Positions 13,421 to 32,526 are shown, counted from the first letter of the stretch. The stretch is DNA of 64,000 nucleotides from Chrysomallon squamiferum (GCA_012295275.1 CM022671.1:1426001-1490000); one strand, 5' to 3'. Notes: a model not told the origin generated them from the sequence alone. Program-made: numbers and translations.

Positions 13421-13612
13421 ATGTGCAGTATTATATATTTTGTATTAGTAATAAAAAGTATTTATTGGAGATTTTATTAGATTTTATAACTGATCTGTCA
13501 ATGAACTGTGAGTGTATGATATCAGTTTTTCATACATGATATACATTTATTTGCAGTAGTGGAATGTTACACACATAAATATTAAAAACTGAATAAAAGA
13601 TAAAAGTGAGAG

Positions 13613-13646
<34 letters not shown>

Positions 13647-13661
13647 GTTTGTTTCGTTCAT

Positions 13662-13724
<63 letters not shown>

Positions 13725-13961
13725 TTAATAATAATAATAATTCTGGAACACATTACATGTGAATGTGTGTTTATGTCTTATTTAGACGATTCTCTTTGTG
13801 TTACATGAACAAATACTTTCTGTATGTTTATATATTAATGCAGACACACATACATACACACACGCACGTACACACACACACACACTATTTCTTTTCTACG
13901 GTGTCACACACACATTATATCAAACACAATGTGTGTGTATGTATGTATGTGTGTGTGTGTA

Positions 13962-13993
<32 letters not shown>

Positions 13994-14525
13994 TGTGTGT
14001 ATGTGTGTATGTGTGTATGTGTGTGTGTGTGATAAAGTGGATAAAATAAATCGTGTATATATTTAAATGAATGTGTGTTTGCGAACAAATGAACAAATTG
14101 AAATGATTCGTTGAAGAAGAATATTTTATTTAGCTGCTTTAATTTCAGAAATATCTGCATCTTCGGAAACGAGAAATGTGACTGAAGACTGTATTGATAA
14201 TGTTCTAGGATAGCAAGTTTTAGGATGTCTGTGGAAAAGCTTGTAAACCTCCACTGATCTAAAAAAAAGAGTAACCTATAAAAAGAAAATTTTAGTTTGA
14301 TGGTTGAGATTTCTGTCAAAGTTTGTTTAGTTTTTAATTTTAGTAACTAATGTGTGTATATTCGATTAGATATAGACGACTTTAATGCATATAACTATTG
14401 TTGTTGTTGTTGCTGTTGTTGTTGTTGCTTCTGCGATCGTCGTTCGTAGTAGTTGTCCTGGTTAAGTAATTATTAATCTGTGTATTGCTTTCCTTACTTT
14501 TGTTGATTTATTATTATTATTATTA

Positions 14526-15219
14526 TTATTGTTGTTGTTGTTGTTTGTTGTTGTAGTTGTTGTTGTAGTTGTTGTAGTTGTTGTTGTAGTTGTTGTTATT
14601 GTTGTTGTTGTAGTTGTCGTTGTTGTTGTAGTTGCTTTTGTAGTAGTTGTTGTTGTAGTTGTTGTTGGTGTAGTTGTAGTTGTTGTTGTAGTTGCTGTTG
14701 TTGTTGTTGTTGTTGCTGCTGTAGTTGTTGTTGAAGTTGTTGTTGTTGTAGTTGCTGTTGTAGTTGCTGTTGTAGTTGTTATTGTTGTTGTTGTAGTTGT
14801 TGTTGTAGTTGTAGTTGTTGTAACTTTTATGATGACAGAGGCCCCCAGAACACGCTGCCCGTCCTATCATTTTGTCGCTTCCGTCGCAGTGGCCGCCGTT
14901 ACAGGTGCGTTTGAATACAACGGCTTGCTTGCAGTCGAGTTTACAGTCCCCGACAGGCCAGCCAACGTACCAGTGTCCCCATTTGCCTTCAGCAGCTACA
15001 TACAAAACACTTGTCATTATGAAATCAGCCACAGCGTTCAGTTCACAGAGTTTTAACAAAGCTTATGTTTCCGAAAACATTAAAATGATTCGCCTAAACA
15101 TTTTTATACAGAAAAAAATAAAAAAAATAAAAATCCCAATTATAAAACTATGGACTTTGAATTTATTGTTATTAAGATAATTGCGTTAAAATACTTTTGT
15201 AATAGTAGATATATAGATG

Positions 15220-15261
<42 letters not shown>

Positions 15262-15265
15262 CATC

Positions 15266-15303
<38 letters not shown>

Positions 15304-15609
15304 CATATATATATATATATATATATATATTACACACACACACACACACATGTACATACACACACATAAAAAACCGGACTATGTAGATAAAAAAAGAAAA
15401 GAAAAAACTCACCAGATGCTTGGTTGGTAGCTGCAATGTGTAGAAAAATTGTTTAAAAAAAATACTCTATTGTTTTGTTTTAAATTTAAACTATACACAC
15501 TTCAAAACAACAAAATGGAATAATAATGGAAGACATTTTGTAAATTTCATTACGTAGACATACCAACAGGGAAGATGAACAGCACACTTATGAAAACAAG
15601 AGCTCTCAT
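14526..15609 (-). CDS. Secreted single thrombospondin type-1 (TSP1/TSR)-like domain protein with Asn/Tyr-rich tail, locus E; exons 15609-15564, 15430-15413, 14995-14526
   Basis: MRALVFISVLFIFPV / ATNQAS / AAEGKWGHWYVGWPVGDCKLDCKQAVVFKRTCNGGHCDGSDKMIGRAACSGGLC: WxxW motif and six Cys in TSR-like spacing. Both introns are phase 1 GT-AG. The 3' end is uncertain. Confidence 0.72.
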
Positions 15610-16849
15610 TTTGAAAATAGTTTACTTCTCTTTACAACGAATTTCAGTTTTGTGTGTGTCAGCTGCTGTTTATATTCACGTAGAAATACTCCACGTGATC
15701 ATAACACAAATGACGGTTGAAACCTGTTTTTCTATTTCCATTTTTGTCGTTTTTATTATATTCATAAAATGAAAGCTGCATCATTTAATGATATAAATCT
15801 GTGAAAAATATGGAATGCTTCGAGTTTTTTTCGTGACGTAACTCATAAAATATGTTCAGGCCATTTTTTATTTTATTTTTTTTCTGAATGACGGAAATAT
15901 GAGATATTATGAAATTGGTTATTTCAAGTTCTTCACACATTTTATAACTTGCGTATGACTGAAACGTTTGACATTTTTCTGCATTCAGATTAATATTATG
16001 AAATATTATTAGCAACCATTTAGATAATTTCATGGCGGAGTTGGACATTATGCAGAAAAACCTGAAGATTGCAAATTAACTCCTGTATGTCATAAAGAAA
16101 GAAAAGTTTACTTTCATGCACGATACTGTTAGATGTAGTGTAAGTCACAGTATTTTTGCATCAGTGGAAGTTAATACATATTTTAACTGTGATAATTATA
16201 TTGTATATTCGGTTAGTTAGCGGTTTTACTGTTAAAACTGTGAAAAGAAGAACAATATTTTACAAACTCCCACATACAAAAACTAGTAAACATCTGTTAT
16301 AGACGAAAATACATACACTTCAATAGTGTGTTAGTAATAAAATATTAAATAAATATTTATATGCTGTGGTAAACGTAATCTATGATTCTCATTACCATTT
16401 TATCAAAAAATTTACATTTACTAACACACGTATTATTTGTTTTGTTTGCATCATCTGTTTTTACTATCCGCAATAAATTTAAAAAATTATTTTTTTTTTA
16501 TTTTTTTTTTTTGAAGTTAACGACCGTTGAAATAATGTATTTAAAAAAAAATATATAACTTAAACTTAACAATCAACACATTTTAAAATATTTTCTAATC
16601 AAACAAGTGAACACAGAGTATTCAAAAAAAAAAACACCCAAAACCCAAACAAACAAAAATACCGAAACCACAGTGCTGAATATTAGTAATTTCGACGATA
16701 AATTAAATGTAGATGTTTGTTATAGATGACAGAAAGATTTGGGTCATGCGCAGTTGGTTCAGTGATTACGTGGAATAGTTCAGTACTTATCATATAAACA
16801 AAAAAATCGTATAACATAACTCATATTCGTAGTTTACTGAAAAAAAAAA

Positions 16850-17108
16850 ATGAAAGCCGCAGTTTTGATTTGTCTTCTGTTCATCTTGACAGTCGGTATG
16901 TTTGCGTTATTCACAGAAACGGGTTATTTTAAGCAAAATGTTTTATTTTCAATTTTCAAGATTAATTTAGTTTAATTTTTTTTGGTTCTGTTTTGCAGCT
17001 AATGTCCAAGCATACTTTGAGTGTTATTTTTCTTTTTTCTTTTTTTTCTACAGTCTACTAAATATTTTCTATTTTTTTTAAAAATTAAACTCCACGAATA
17101 AATAAATA

Positions 17109-17145
<37 letters not shown>

Positions 17146-19841
17146 CCACTCTCTAAAGGTGCACTTACGACAAAACTTGTTAACGTTCGGCATTTTGTCA
17201 GTGATCCTAATTACAATATGAATAATCTAAACAGAAAAAAAGAAAACTAAGACATATTAATAATTATCAGTTACACATGACAAACCTTAGTCAACACTCA
17301 CTAGAGTTTAAATTAAAAGCCAAAATTAATTTATAACAATTTTGGACATTTTTACTACAAAATGGCTTATAAAAATGTACACCAAAATTAAAGCCTTTTA
17401 GAAATTAAAAAAATTAAAAATAAAAATAAAAAATAAAAATGTTAACTTTTAAAACTTTTGGTTTTGTTGTTTTTGTTTTAAACGATTATTACAATTCAAC
17501 ACGAGTCTAAAACTGACAACTCGCGGTACAAAGAGACAAACGACGACAACTTCGCGAATCTACGTTGCTGGTGTTGATGACGTTTTAAATCTGTGTCCGA
17601 GTAACAGCTCAGACGGACATTTGGATTGATATTTCAAGTTCTCGGCTGCAGACAGGTTTGTGTCCATTTCAGGCTGATTTTTCGCAGCTGAACGGTCGCA
17701 ACGATTCCGACTATTATGCTCATTTAACAGTAATTTTGGCTTTACGTTCCTTTAGATCGGTCATTTTCGAGTTGGCTGTTTCCACGAAAAGTAATATTTA
17801 CTACATAAACACGTTACAAGATTTATGTTACTCCTAACATAAAAACACCGCCTCGGAGATCTTCGGTCAGGTTTGAATTGACCTAAATTCAGCTTCCAAT
17901 TAAAGAGACCAAAATACTCGGCAAATATCAGGATTGTCTGGGACTAGAGAAAAGTACGCGACTCTTACCGGCGACTTACACAAACAGCACACAAGTCATC
18001 GCTCATCTAAACTCTGCGTGGTTTTGAACAGGTTTACATAGCCCGGCCGTAACTAGACTCTTTTTAAAATGAAGCAGAAATACTTAAAACAATGTGGGCG
18101 AGGGGCCTGGGGAATGCTAATTCGGCAGACTACAAACTGTAACCGCAGACATAAACGAATCCATTCAGTGGATATCGTTTCTATCGGAATTGAGATTTAT
18201 ATTTTATATATTTTTAAAATAAGATCTTTGTATAAGAAAAAAAAATAATAAATGAAAAAATCGTCAATTTCCGTATGAGGCATTTGCCTCATTTGCCTCA
18301 GTGCAGATTTATCAACTTGATCATCTTGTTTTTATCTGAATTACTGACAAGTTATCTTTAGTCCATCTTTAGAGAGTGACAGTCCTTCTACTGACATACA
18401 AAAAAAAAAAAAAAAAAAAAAAAAAAATTAAATTAAATTAAATTAAATTAAATTAAAAATTTAAAAAAAGTTGCAATTCTTCTTTGGCGTTAGAAACGAA
18501 TGAAAACATAAATCTCGAATAAATTCTCAAAGTCTTCACACTTAATAATTCTTGAACTATAAATAAATAAATAAATAATTGTTTCCAGTTTTGATAAAGT
18601 AATTTAGTTAACAACTGTTTTATAATTAAGAATTAGATCCTTAGAAAACAATATTTTCCACTTATGTATTTAAATAAAAAGGAGAATATTTCTACGCTGA
18701 CATCTTTGCTTTTGCTTTTATTTTAATTATTATAATTATGTTTTTATCATTTAAGTGTGAAAAGTTCCTGTGACGTGTTTCTGAATTCAGTTTCTTTCTC
18801 CCTCATTATCACATCCGCTGAAACAAAAAACCATCAGAGCTCACCGCGTACAGTAATAGCAGTAAAATCATCATTAGTATTATGCACTGACGTTCATTTG
18901 TTCGAAAGCCTCAGCATGTTGTTTCAAAAACCACTTTTCTTGCGCTATAATCTGCCGCATGATTCCTTTACAGTACTCATCTATCTCATCCGTTCGTCGT
19001 TTCGCTTGTAAGTACAGAAGTAAAATGAGTTACTCACCCTTTCCTGCTTCATTCACTGTACAAAATAATTCCAGTTACACTTGGAGAGCAACGCGTGAGT
19101 TACAAGACTCTTTTTGAAATTGAGGAAAAAACAAAACATATTTGCCCCCAAAAAATTGGTGCGAGAGGTTTCTGGGAGCTCAAACGGTACCCGTAGACAT
19201 AAACGAATTCATTCAGTGGATATCGTTTCCGTCGGAGCAGAGATTTCTATTTTACATTTTTCAAATAAAATCTTTGTATATAAAACAATAATAATAATAA
19301 TAACGAAGTTTAAAAACAATCGTCCATTTCGGTTTGAGGGATTTGCCTCATTTGCCTCAGTGTAGTTACGGGCGTGAAAGTGTCTGTATTTTCTACGTTG
19401 TAGTTGAAGGTGAATGGGAGCCGTGGGAGATCACACACTTCAACACAGAGTGTGGGCGAGGCTGTGTCAGACAGGCCACGTACCAACGCGTCTGCGACGG
19501 CGTGTGTGCCGGCAGAAACACGAAGAATGGCGTCGTGCAGTGCTGTAAGCTAACGTCGTTTTTCTTCTTTGTTCGTGTTACCATCATTTTCACGTACCGC
19601 AAGCGTTCACTTTTATGATTAATCTTGCAACTGTTGTTGTTCATTTTCATCTTATCTTATTATTAGTGGTAACAGTTATAGCAGGTGCAGTAGCTGAAGT
19701 AGTAGCACTTGTAGAAATAGTAGTTAATTTCTACTTTGTAGTAATAACAGGTTAGTAGCAGAAGTGTTAATAATAGTAATAAGAAATGCACTAGTAGAAA
19801 TAATAATAGTTGTAAACGTAATAGCAGTAGTGGTTGTAGTG

Positions 19842-19880
<39 letters not shown>

Positions 19881-20061
19881 ACAGCAGTAACAGCAGTAGT
19901 AATAGTAGTAGTAGTACAGACAATACCATTGTTCATATAGATGATATAATTTTCTAGATTATCACATAATACTTTCTCTCAGCCATTTAAAGAAATAATG
20001 ATTAAAGAAAAATGTTGAAATTTGTTTACTTAATGTTTTGTTTTGTTTTGTTTTAGGTTAG
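16850..20061 (+). CDS. Secreted single TSP1-like domain mini-protein (~63-69 aa), locus F; exons 16850-16895, (16999-17016), 19404-19544, 20057-20061
   Basis: MKAAVLICLLFILTV+G|gtatgt; ttgtag|TT EGEWEPWEITHFNTECGRGCVRQATYQRVCDGVCAGRNTKNGVVQC T|gtaagc; ttttag|GT TAG completes the sixth Cys and the stop. The micro-exon donor is mutated. Confidence 0.7.
18095..19376. mobile_element. Two related transposon-end-like fragments (~18095-18305 and ~19155-19376) in the intron of F
   Basis: Shared blocks agacataaacgaat.cattcagtggatatcgttt and atttgcctcatttgcctcagtg. The second copy ends gtagttacgggcgtg, resembling a DNA-transposon terminus. Confidence 0.5.
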
Positions 20062-21407
20062 TCAAGTTTGTCAGTGTTCTACGTTATCAGTAATCCTGTT
20101 ATCCAGGGAGATTTCATCTGTAACAAAATTAGATGATTAAAGCTTGTTTGTGCAACGAACCGTATTTATTTATTTATTTATTTGTTTGTTTGTTTGTTTC
20201 TTTCTTTTTCTGCCTGCTTATTTGTTTATTTGTTGTTGTTCTGCCTGTTTGTTTGTGTATTTGCCTCGTTTGTTTGTTTATTTACGACACTTTTGAAATC
20301 TGCTATTCTGTCGAACAACAAGTTGACAAATACCACTGAGTTAATGGACAGCATTTTGAATATTGTGTGTAAATATTGTTTAAAATATAAATGTATGTAT
20401 TTTACGTACGTACACACATTGACCCGGTATTCATCTTCAGAGTGTTTTGTTCGGCATATTCAGAAATACCTAAAACATGCACAAATCGCACACGCTGACA
20501 CAAACACAAATCCAACTAGTTCTCTAATGTGCGAAAAAACTCTTGTCTAATCTCTGTATATAATGTTTTCATTTTTTTTTTTTTCAGAAAAAAAATATAT
20601 AAAACACACACAATGAAAAAACACACACACACACACACACAACAAAACACACACACACACACACACACAACACACAAAGGGACGCAACTCTTGTCTAACC
20701 TGTTTGTTTTCACACAAAACAATAAAAAGGGATGTAGTTGTTTACTAAACTAGTTTTATCACCAAATGTTTATACCAACAAACTCCAGAATGACAAATTT
20801 TGTGTGATCATTTAATAACGTGTACTGATTAAAGGGAGGTAACAAAGTAAGTCTTCTGGTCTTCTCAATACAACACAAAGACATCACAGTTTACAACGAA
20901 AAATTAAAAAAGGACGTTAAACATAAAGTACACATAACGAAATATCTAAAATAATTTCTAAAACAAGATACCTAATTTTCTATTTTATACATAATATCTA
21001 AATTAATTTTTTTTTCTGAAATGAAAGATTTATAAAACATAAAGTCTATAATCATAACATTAAAATAATTAATTTTAAACACTCTCAAACACAATAATAT
21101 TATCACAAATACACATTAAAATTCGTCTATATATGTCAACAAAATTTATTAAGTTTTAACTGGACATTAATAATCTTCTATTTAAATAATTAAAATATAG
21201 AAAGTAAAATTAAATTAGAAAAAAAAAATAAGAAAAAAAACCCCATTAGAACAAAATGTATTTCTTTTATCTTTGTTTTATATACAACAATTTCCACGTA
21301 ATTTCTTCAGGTTTTACTTCATTCTTACATTAGTAATTATTATTTCTGTAATACGAGTTCATCGTCAAAATATCAGAACTACAACAACAACAAGAATTTA
21401 AATTATT

Positions 21408-25835
<4,428 letters not shown>

Positions 25836-26852
25836 ACTGAGATGTGTACAAGCCTGTAAAAACCACTGACTGAGATGTTCAGCACTTCAAAGACACTTCG
25901 GTCAAATGAACATTCGACCTTCACCTCATGCAACATGAATAAGCAGACGACTAGAAGGGTATAAAAAAAGGGCGCAGATAAGCTTCTCTTTCCACTTGTT
26001 CTGCTGTCTGCTGGGTTTTTTTCCCGCGCTAGTTTGTTCAGATTGCGGCCAGTTTCGTCTTATCAAAATTAGCGATCAGTATTTCTTCTTTCTCCCTGGC
26101 TTTGTCGAATAACCATTAAACCATTAGCCATTGCATGCATTCCTCAGACCGATTACGTATTGTAATAAATACAGTTGCAGGTATGTAGGTACATTCGTAC
26201 GTAGGTGGGTGTGTATGTATGTTTGTATGTGTAATTGTATGTGAAATTGTATGTATGCGTGTCTGTGTGTGAATGTATATATGCATTAATGTATGTATGT
26301 ATATATGTGTGAATACGTGTGTAATTCATGTAACAACTATGAGCTCATATTTGTTTTGTCATTACTTTCATTCTTGACAAATGCTGCATGGATATGTAAT
26401 ATTTTGGTGATATGTTTTTTTTTTTTTTTTTTAAATTTAGAAAAAAACCCCAGCCTTTTGGAAAATCACGACTTTTAGTACATGTAACAGTTTGTGCTGT
26501 CACCTAACATGTTAAAATAAATCTCATGTTTATTTAATATTTTTCACATTATAATTATATATATATAAAAAATAATAATAATAATAATTAATTAATTAAA
26601 ATGAACATAAATAAATGCAGAATACAAATGAATTTTAATTTCACAAACTTTTTTAGAAGACGTAGAGCTTTTGTCAGCGAAATGCCATATATTTTTTAAT
26701 GTTATTATTTTTAAATACTGTAGAAAATACCAGAAAAATTAAATTAAAAGCAGACTCTCCATGTTAGAGAAGATAACTTAACCAGTATTTATTTTAATAT
26801 TTACTGTTTTATAATATAATAATATATACACACACAAACACACACACACACA

Positions 26853-26954
<102 letters not shown>

Positions 26955-27200
26955 GTAACAACAGTAACACAATCAGTGATAATAATGATGATGATGGTTA
27001 TAATGATGATGATGATGGTTATAATGATGATGATGATGACAGGCTATAGCAAAAGCTCTTCTCCTCATCTACTTTCACGTGTGGAGTGAGCGGCTTTAGC
27101 TTTAACAGTTTGTCCTACCCGTGATGTGTAATCATGTCAAATTTTAAAGCCTTCACTCAACTGTTTGAACGTATTTAGCGCACAAACCAAGGTGGCACTA

Positions 27201-27476
27201 CAGTGGCGTGCAGAGTGGGGGTGGGTGGGCCGAAGGGGCGGTGGCCGCGGACATCCAAATGGGGGTGGGGCATTCGATCAGAGAAAAGAACTTAATAAAT
27301 TTGGTTGAATTATATTTAAATCAAATAAATTATTTATTTTATATTCATCTGTGTTTACATATTCAAAATATCTTCCTTTCTCAAAATATTTCTCAGTACT
27401 AGACCGTATACTAGAGTTTTTGGAGCAAACAATCAAGGATTTGTCCCGGGCATCACCACACCTCTGCACGCCACTG
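27201..27476. mobile_element. MITE, 276 bp, with perfect 15-bp terminal inverted repeats (hAT-like CAGTGGCG ends)
   Basis: CAGTGGCGTGCAGAG at 27201-27215 and CTCTGCACGCCACTG at 27462-27476. No clear target-site duplication. Confidence 0.75.
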
Positions 27477-27673
27477 TTAGAAACTAATAAAAATTCCTTG
27501 AACAGATGTTTATGAAAACCAGCAATGCTAATTTCCAAACACGAGGTCAGCCAGTACAGAGCATGCTGGCTTTGCTTCACGTAGATACTTCTAAATAAAG
27601 TATATCATAACACATGCGTGTGTGTTCATACATGTAAGTATAGAGATATCATTCTTACAGATCATCAGTTTAT

Positions 27674-27836
<163 letters not shown>

Positions 27837-27915
27837 GTCTGTCTCTGTCTGTCTGTCTGTCTCTCATCATAGAATGAATATTATTACAATTCTTGTTGGG
27901 GTTTTTTGGTTGTAT

Positions 27916-27946
<31 letters not shown>

Positions 27947-30896
27947 ATTTTACTTGTTTTTAATATTTTTTATTTGGTTTATCAAGGAAAACCAAATCTA
28001 CTGAAGGACAGGTTTAAAGATACAAAACCGTTCCAAGACAAATAAAGTAGACATCTCTTAGCGTCTTTTATTAATAAATACATGTCTAATAGCCACTTTA
28101 CCATCTGTGTCATCATCAGACTTTCTTCTGTCACTTTCCTTTCAGTCTTTTTCTTTTTCTTTTATTCAGACAATAAACTTTTAGTTAGATACAATTTAAA
28201 AAGTATTTTAATAAATCTCTCTAACTCTCTTCTGTAAATGTCTGTCCATCCCTTTCTGTCTGTCTGTCGGTCTGTCTGTCTGTGTATTTCTCTTTGTCTC
28301 TGTTTATCTCAGTCTGTCTCTCTGGTAGTGCTAACATCACTCTGTCTGTCGCACGGTGCTTACTTATGTACACATCTGTATAATAATGATGATGAAGAAG
28401 GTAAGAACAAGAAGAAGGGTCAAGACTATAACATATGTGTTGGATTCCCCCAGCCAGTAGGTTAATTACGCGTGTGTTATCGACGCTTTCTTGTAAAAAA
28501 AAGAGATGATTCTCTACGCCACATAATGAATAAAAATTATAAAAAGAACCAGCAGCTGCGAGAATCGGTCGAATATCGACGTGGAAAATGAATTGGTGCT
28601 CTGCGTCTGGTGGAAACGCGGAATATCCGGTTTGCATTATGACCTTCACCTTCTGAATGCTTATTTTTCTCAGTGTTTTCGTTGTTCGAGATTTCTTGCG
28701 GAACATTCGATATAGTCCCTTGTTGTTCAGTTTCTTACTATAGTTCTACTTCTAACCAGCACTGTTGTGAGTATTTACATGTTATTCTTCTTGGATATTA
28801 CTGTTAACAAACATTACCTGTACGACCGCTGTCTGCTGTTACATGACAATTCATTTCTGCTTCTACTATTACAGCCGTTACCTTTATTACTGCTGCTACA
28901 ACAGTATTGGTATATACTACGAGTATTGGTACTACTACAACCACGACTATATCTACTGCTATAGAGAAACGACTCCTACACCAGCTATTATATATATATT
29001 TAGTACTTTAGTACTTGAGTGTTTCTACTAATTTACTACTTCTAATTTTATCCTGAGTTTACAAATGTAGTCAGGGAGGGAATAATTCGATCGACCCTTA
29101 ATCCGGATAAGAACCGGGATTATCAGGATTTAGATACAATGTCGGATTTGTACGGATAATTCGTCTTTTTACTTTTTCTTTCTTTTCTGAATTCCTTAGG
29201 TTACAAAGAAAAGTGCCAATCTTCCGTCTTCTGTTAAAATGAGGAAAGTGTATTTAGCTGATACATTATATTAATGTGCAAGAATGAACAACTACAGACA
29301 GTGGCAGATAATTTTCAGTGGAACCTAAGAACGAAGGCAACGAAAATTGATTACATTGTTTAAAGGTAAAAATATGCATTGCTTTTTAGTCTTTATTACG
29401 CTGAGTAAAATTATATTGTGATAAACATGGTTGGGGATACTTTAAATCTGACGCTGAATCTGTTTGGTCAGTCTGTATAACAAACAATGAAAGGAACAAA
29501 AACCACTTGACATAATTTTTTTGGAGGGGCTGTTCGCAGTTGTAAAGTTGGTCCTAGGTAAAAGAACATAATTGACGCAACATGTACGACTCGACTGAGT
29601 GAGTTTATGAATGAGTTTATCCTGTCGTCTCGCTATTTAGGTTATCAAACATGCAGCCTTCGTTTGTGAAAGTAAAACCAAAACCTAATCTGTGTTAATG
29701 AAATGATAATGTCCAAAAAGTAGTTCTGTGATTTGACATATGAATGAATATACAAACGAACGAATAACGAAATAACGAGAGAATAAATAAATGAACGAAT
29801 GAATAACTGAACGAATGAATGAATGAATAAACAGATGAATAAACGAACGAATTAATGAACGAATGAATGTTTGTGAATAACTTCCTATTTTGATATAATC
29901 TGTTTTATGATTAAACATATGAGTTTAACATGGTACAGAAAACCTGAGAGTATTAACATGTACTTAGCTGGGTAAGAAAGCAGACGTTCCAGTGACTGTG
30001 TTCGTTTTAATAAAAAAAGTTAGCAGATGCTCAGTCTGTCAGGCTTCAATACGTTTCTAAGTTTGAAATAACTGGTGAATGTTTTGTTCGTTTGTTTATT
30101 TGTTTTGTTGTTGTTTATTTGTTTATTAATTAATTTTATTATTATTATTATTATTATTTGAAATGTTGGCGTTTTTACATCCTCACGACATTGTTATTAA
30201 TTAACAAACATCAATCGCTAGAAACTAAACATTTATGCTGGAAGTCTACAAAAGGTATTCATTGAGTGTATCAGCTTGTTACGTCATCAGTTAAATTTAA
30301 GCAATCCACAGATAGTAAATTTATAATCTTCTAATTCCAGTTATGTGTTTGCCAGAAACACTTTTCCTGAACATTTTATAGTCAGTGGAATAATAATAAT
30401 AAAAAGTTTCATATAAAAAAAATGTGATTACATGGAATATGTTATAGCAATCTTCTTTTTTTTTTTTTTTTTAATATTTATTTATTTCGTGTTTCTTTGT
30501 GTTTCATTTCATTTCATTTTATTATGTCCAGTTAATGGAAACATTAGCTAGGCAGGACAAGAAATACTGTAGCAAGGTCAGCGTGACTGAGTTCAGAATG
30601 AATGTTCCATACAGTGTAACCAATGGCAACGAAACGTGGCCGACATTCCTTTAATTATTCATGAACTGGCAACGAATGATTCCAGGTCATCGAATTAAAA
30701 ATAAAAAATGCTGTTAGCTTACGATTTATTACCACAAACATAAACACACACATGTACATAAAACCCGCGCGTGCGCGCGCACGCATACACACAGAGAAGA
30801 AAAAGACAACACAGGCGGTCACAAACGCATATGTATATATATATATATACATACATTCATAACTCTCATTAGCATTAGTCGTACGGAAAACATATA

Positions 30897-31100
<204 letters not shown>

Positions 31101-31276
31101 GGTTAATAAGACGAGTCAGTCATCCTGAGCCTCGTGAACACGGGCTGTTCTACTCACGTTCAAAGCGGTTTTAGTCGTCTAAAACTCACAGTACTATTAC
31201 TGTTACATTACTATTACTGTTACATTACAAATCGGAAGATTTCTTGTTATTGTAGTTTTTATTATTATTATTATTA

Positions 31277-31311
<35 letters not shown>

Positions 31312-31823
31312 TAAGCAAAAACTTTCGATGTTTTTATCTGTTCTTGATTGACGTGTCTTTAGCTAAAGAATTTTATCTTTAATTCTATTTATTTTTGACT
31401 TATTTTTCGCACTCGACTGATACTGTCTAGAGCAGACATCCCAGAGTCTTTGTTTGTGTGCAAAAAAGAAACAAAAACGAATAATGTGGTTCAACGTGGA
31501 TTGTTCTGAATAGCGGGAGACACTATTGTCAACTGAAATCCACGGACTGCCAGTGTCACGTGATCCTTTACAAGCAGCCATCGTTAACGTCTGGTTTTAT
31601 TATCAATATTTAAAACGAGTCAGCGGACTGGAAATACGGGGTCGGTATTCTCTGAAGTGGAAGATGGTAACAGAACCTGTATAAGTTATCGCTTTCTCGT
31701 CTGTATATGTACGTACGTGTGTCTATGTGTATGTTTGTATGAGTATATGTACGTGTGTATGTATGTTTGAGTATTTGTATGTGTGTATGTATGTATGAGT
31801 ATATGTATGTGTGTGTATGTATG

Positions 31824-31883
<60 letters not shown>

Positions 31884-32114
31884 GTACGTACGTATGTATA
31901 TACAGATAATTCATATTTTCGATTTGATAATTTTATTTGATTTTGTTTTTTTTGCCTAATTGTGTATGTTTGCGAGAATGTACATGTATTTATACCTACA
32001 CACACATACACAAAGCGTGTGCCACACAGAGAACTATTTAGTGATTAGAATGAAGTCACACTGTATCTCCATCCACCTTGCTATAAGCTCCTGACATGAC
32101 GTAGTGTGATACAA

Positions 32115-32526
32115 CAGGAGTAGAACAGCGCGCAGACGGGAACTGTTCTTTGTAACCACTGAACCAGAAAGCGTTTATCGATTAAATAATTAAAAAAAAG
32201 ATATTTTATTTTTAATTTATTTTATTATTATTTTTATTCAATCTAACTTTCTTGCTTTTAGCCTGTAGTTACAACAGCTGCACCGCCCGATAGCAGACTT
32301 CTGCATCATCCCTGGAAACAGGATCTTAACTGCGCATGCGTATATGACGGCTGTATTCGGCACGCTAACCCTTTAACGTACTCGATTTTTATTTCCGTTT
32401 GCTCTCAGTCGCGTTAGGAATTGTATTACTCTTCTCGCTGTTTCTGAAATTGTATTAGCTTACACTGCATAGGTAAATACGATTTTGTTGTTTTTTTTCT
32501 AAAATCTATATCTATATCTTTATCTG

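Noticed and set aside
14529-15056. Poly-Val plus-strand ORF, or a Thr-rich mucin frame for the E tail
   Set aside because: The poly-Val ORF is antisense. The Thr frame is not in frame with the TSR exon and I found no splice path into it.
28400-28760. CpG-richer patch and 161-aa minus-strand ORF as an additional gene
   Set aside because: No recognisable protein motif or consistent splice chain; it could be a regulatory region or a repeat relic.
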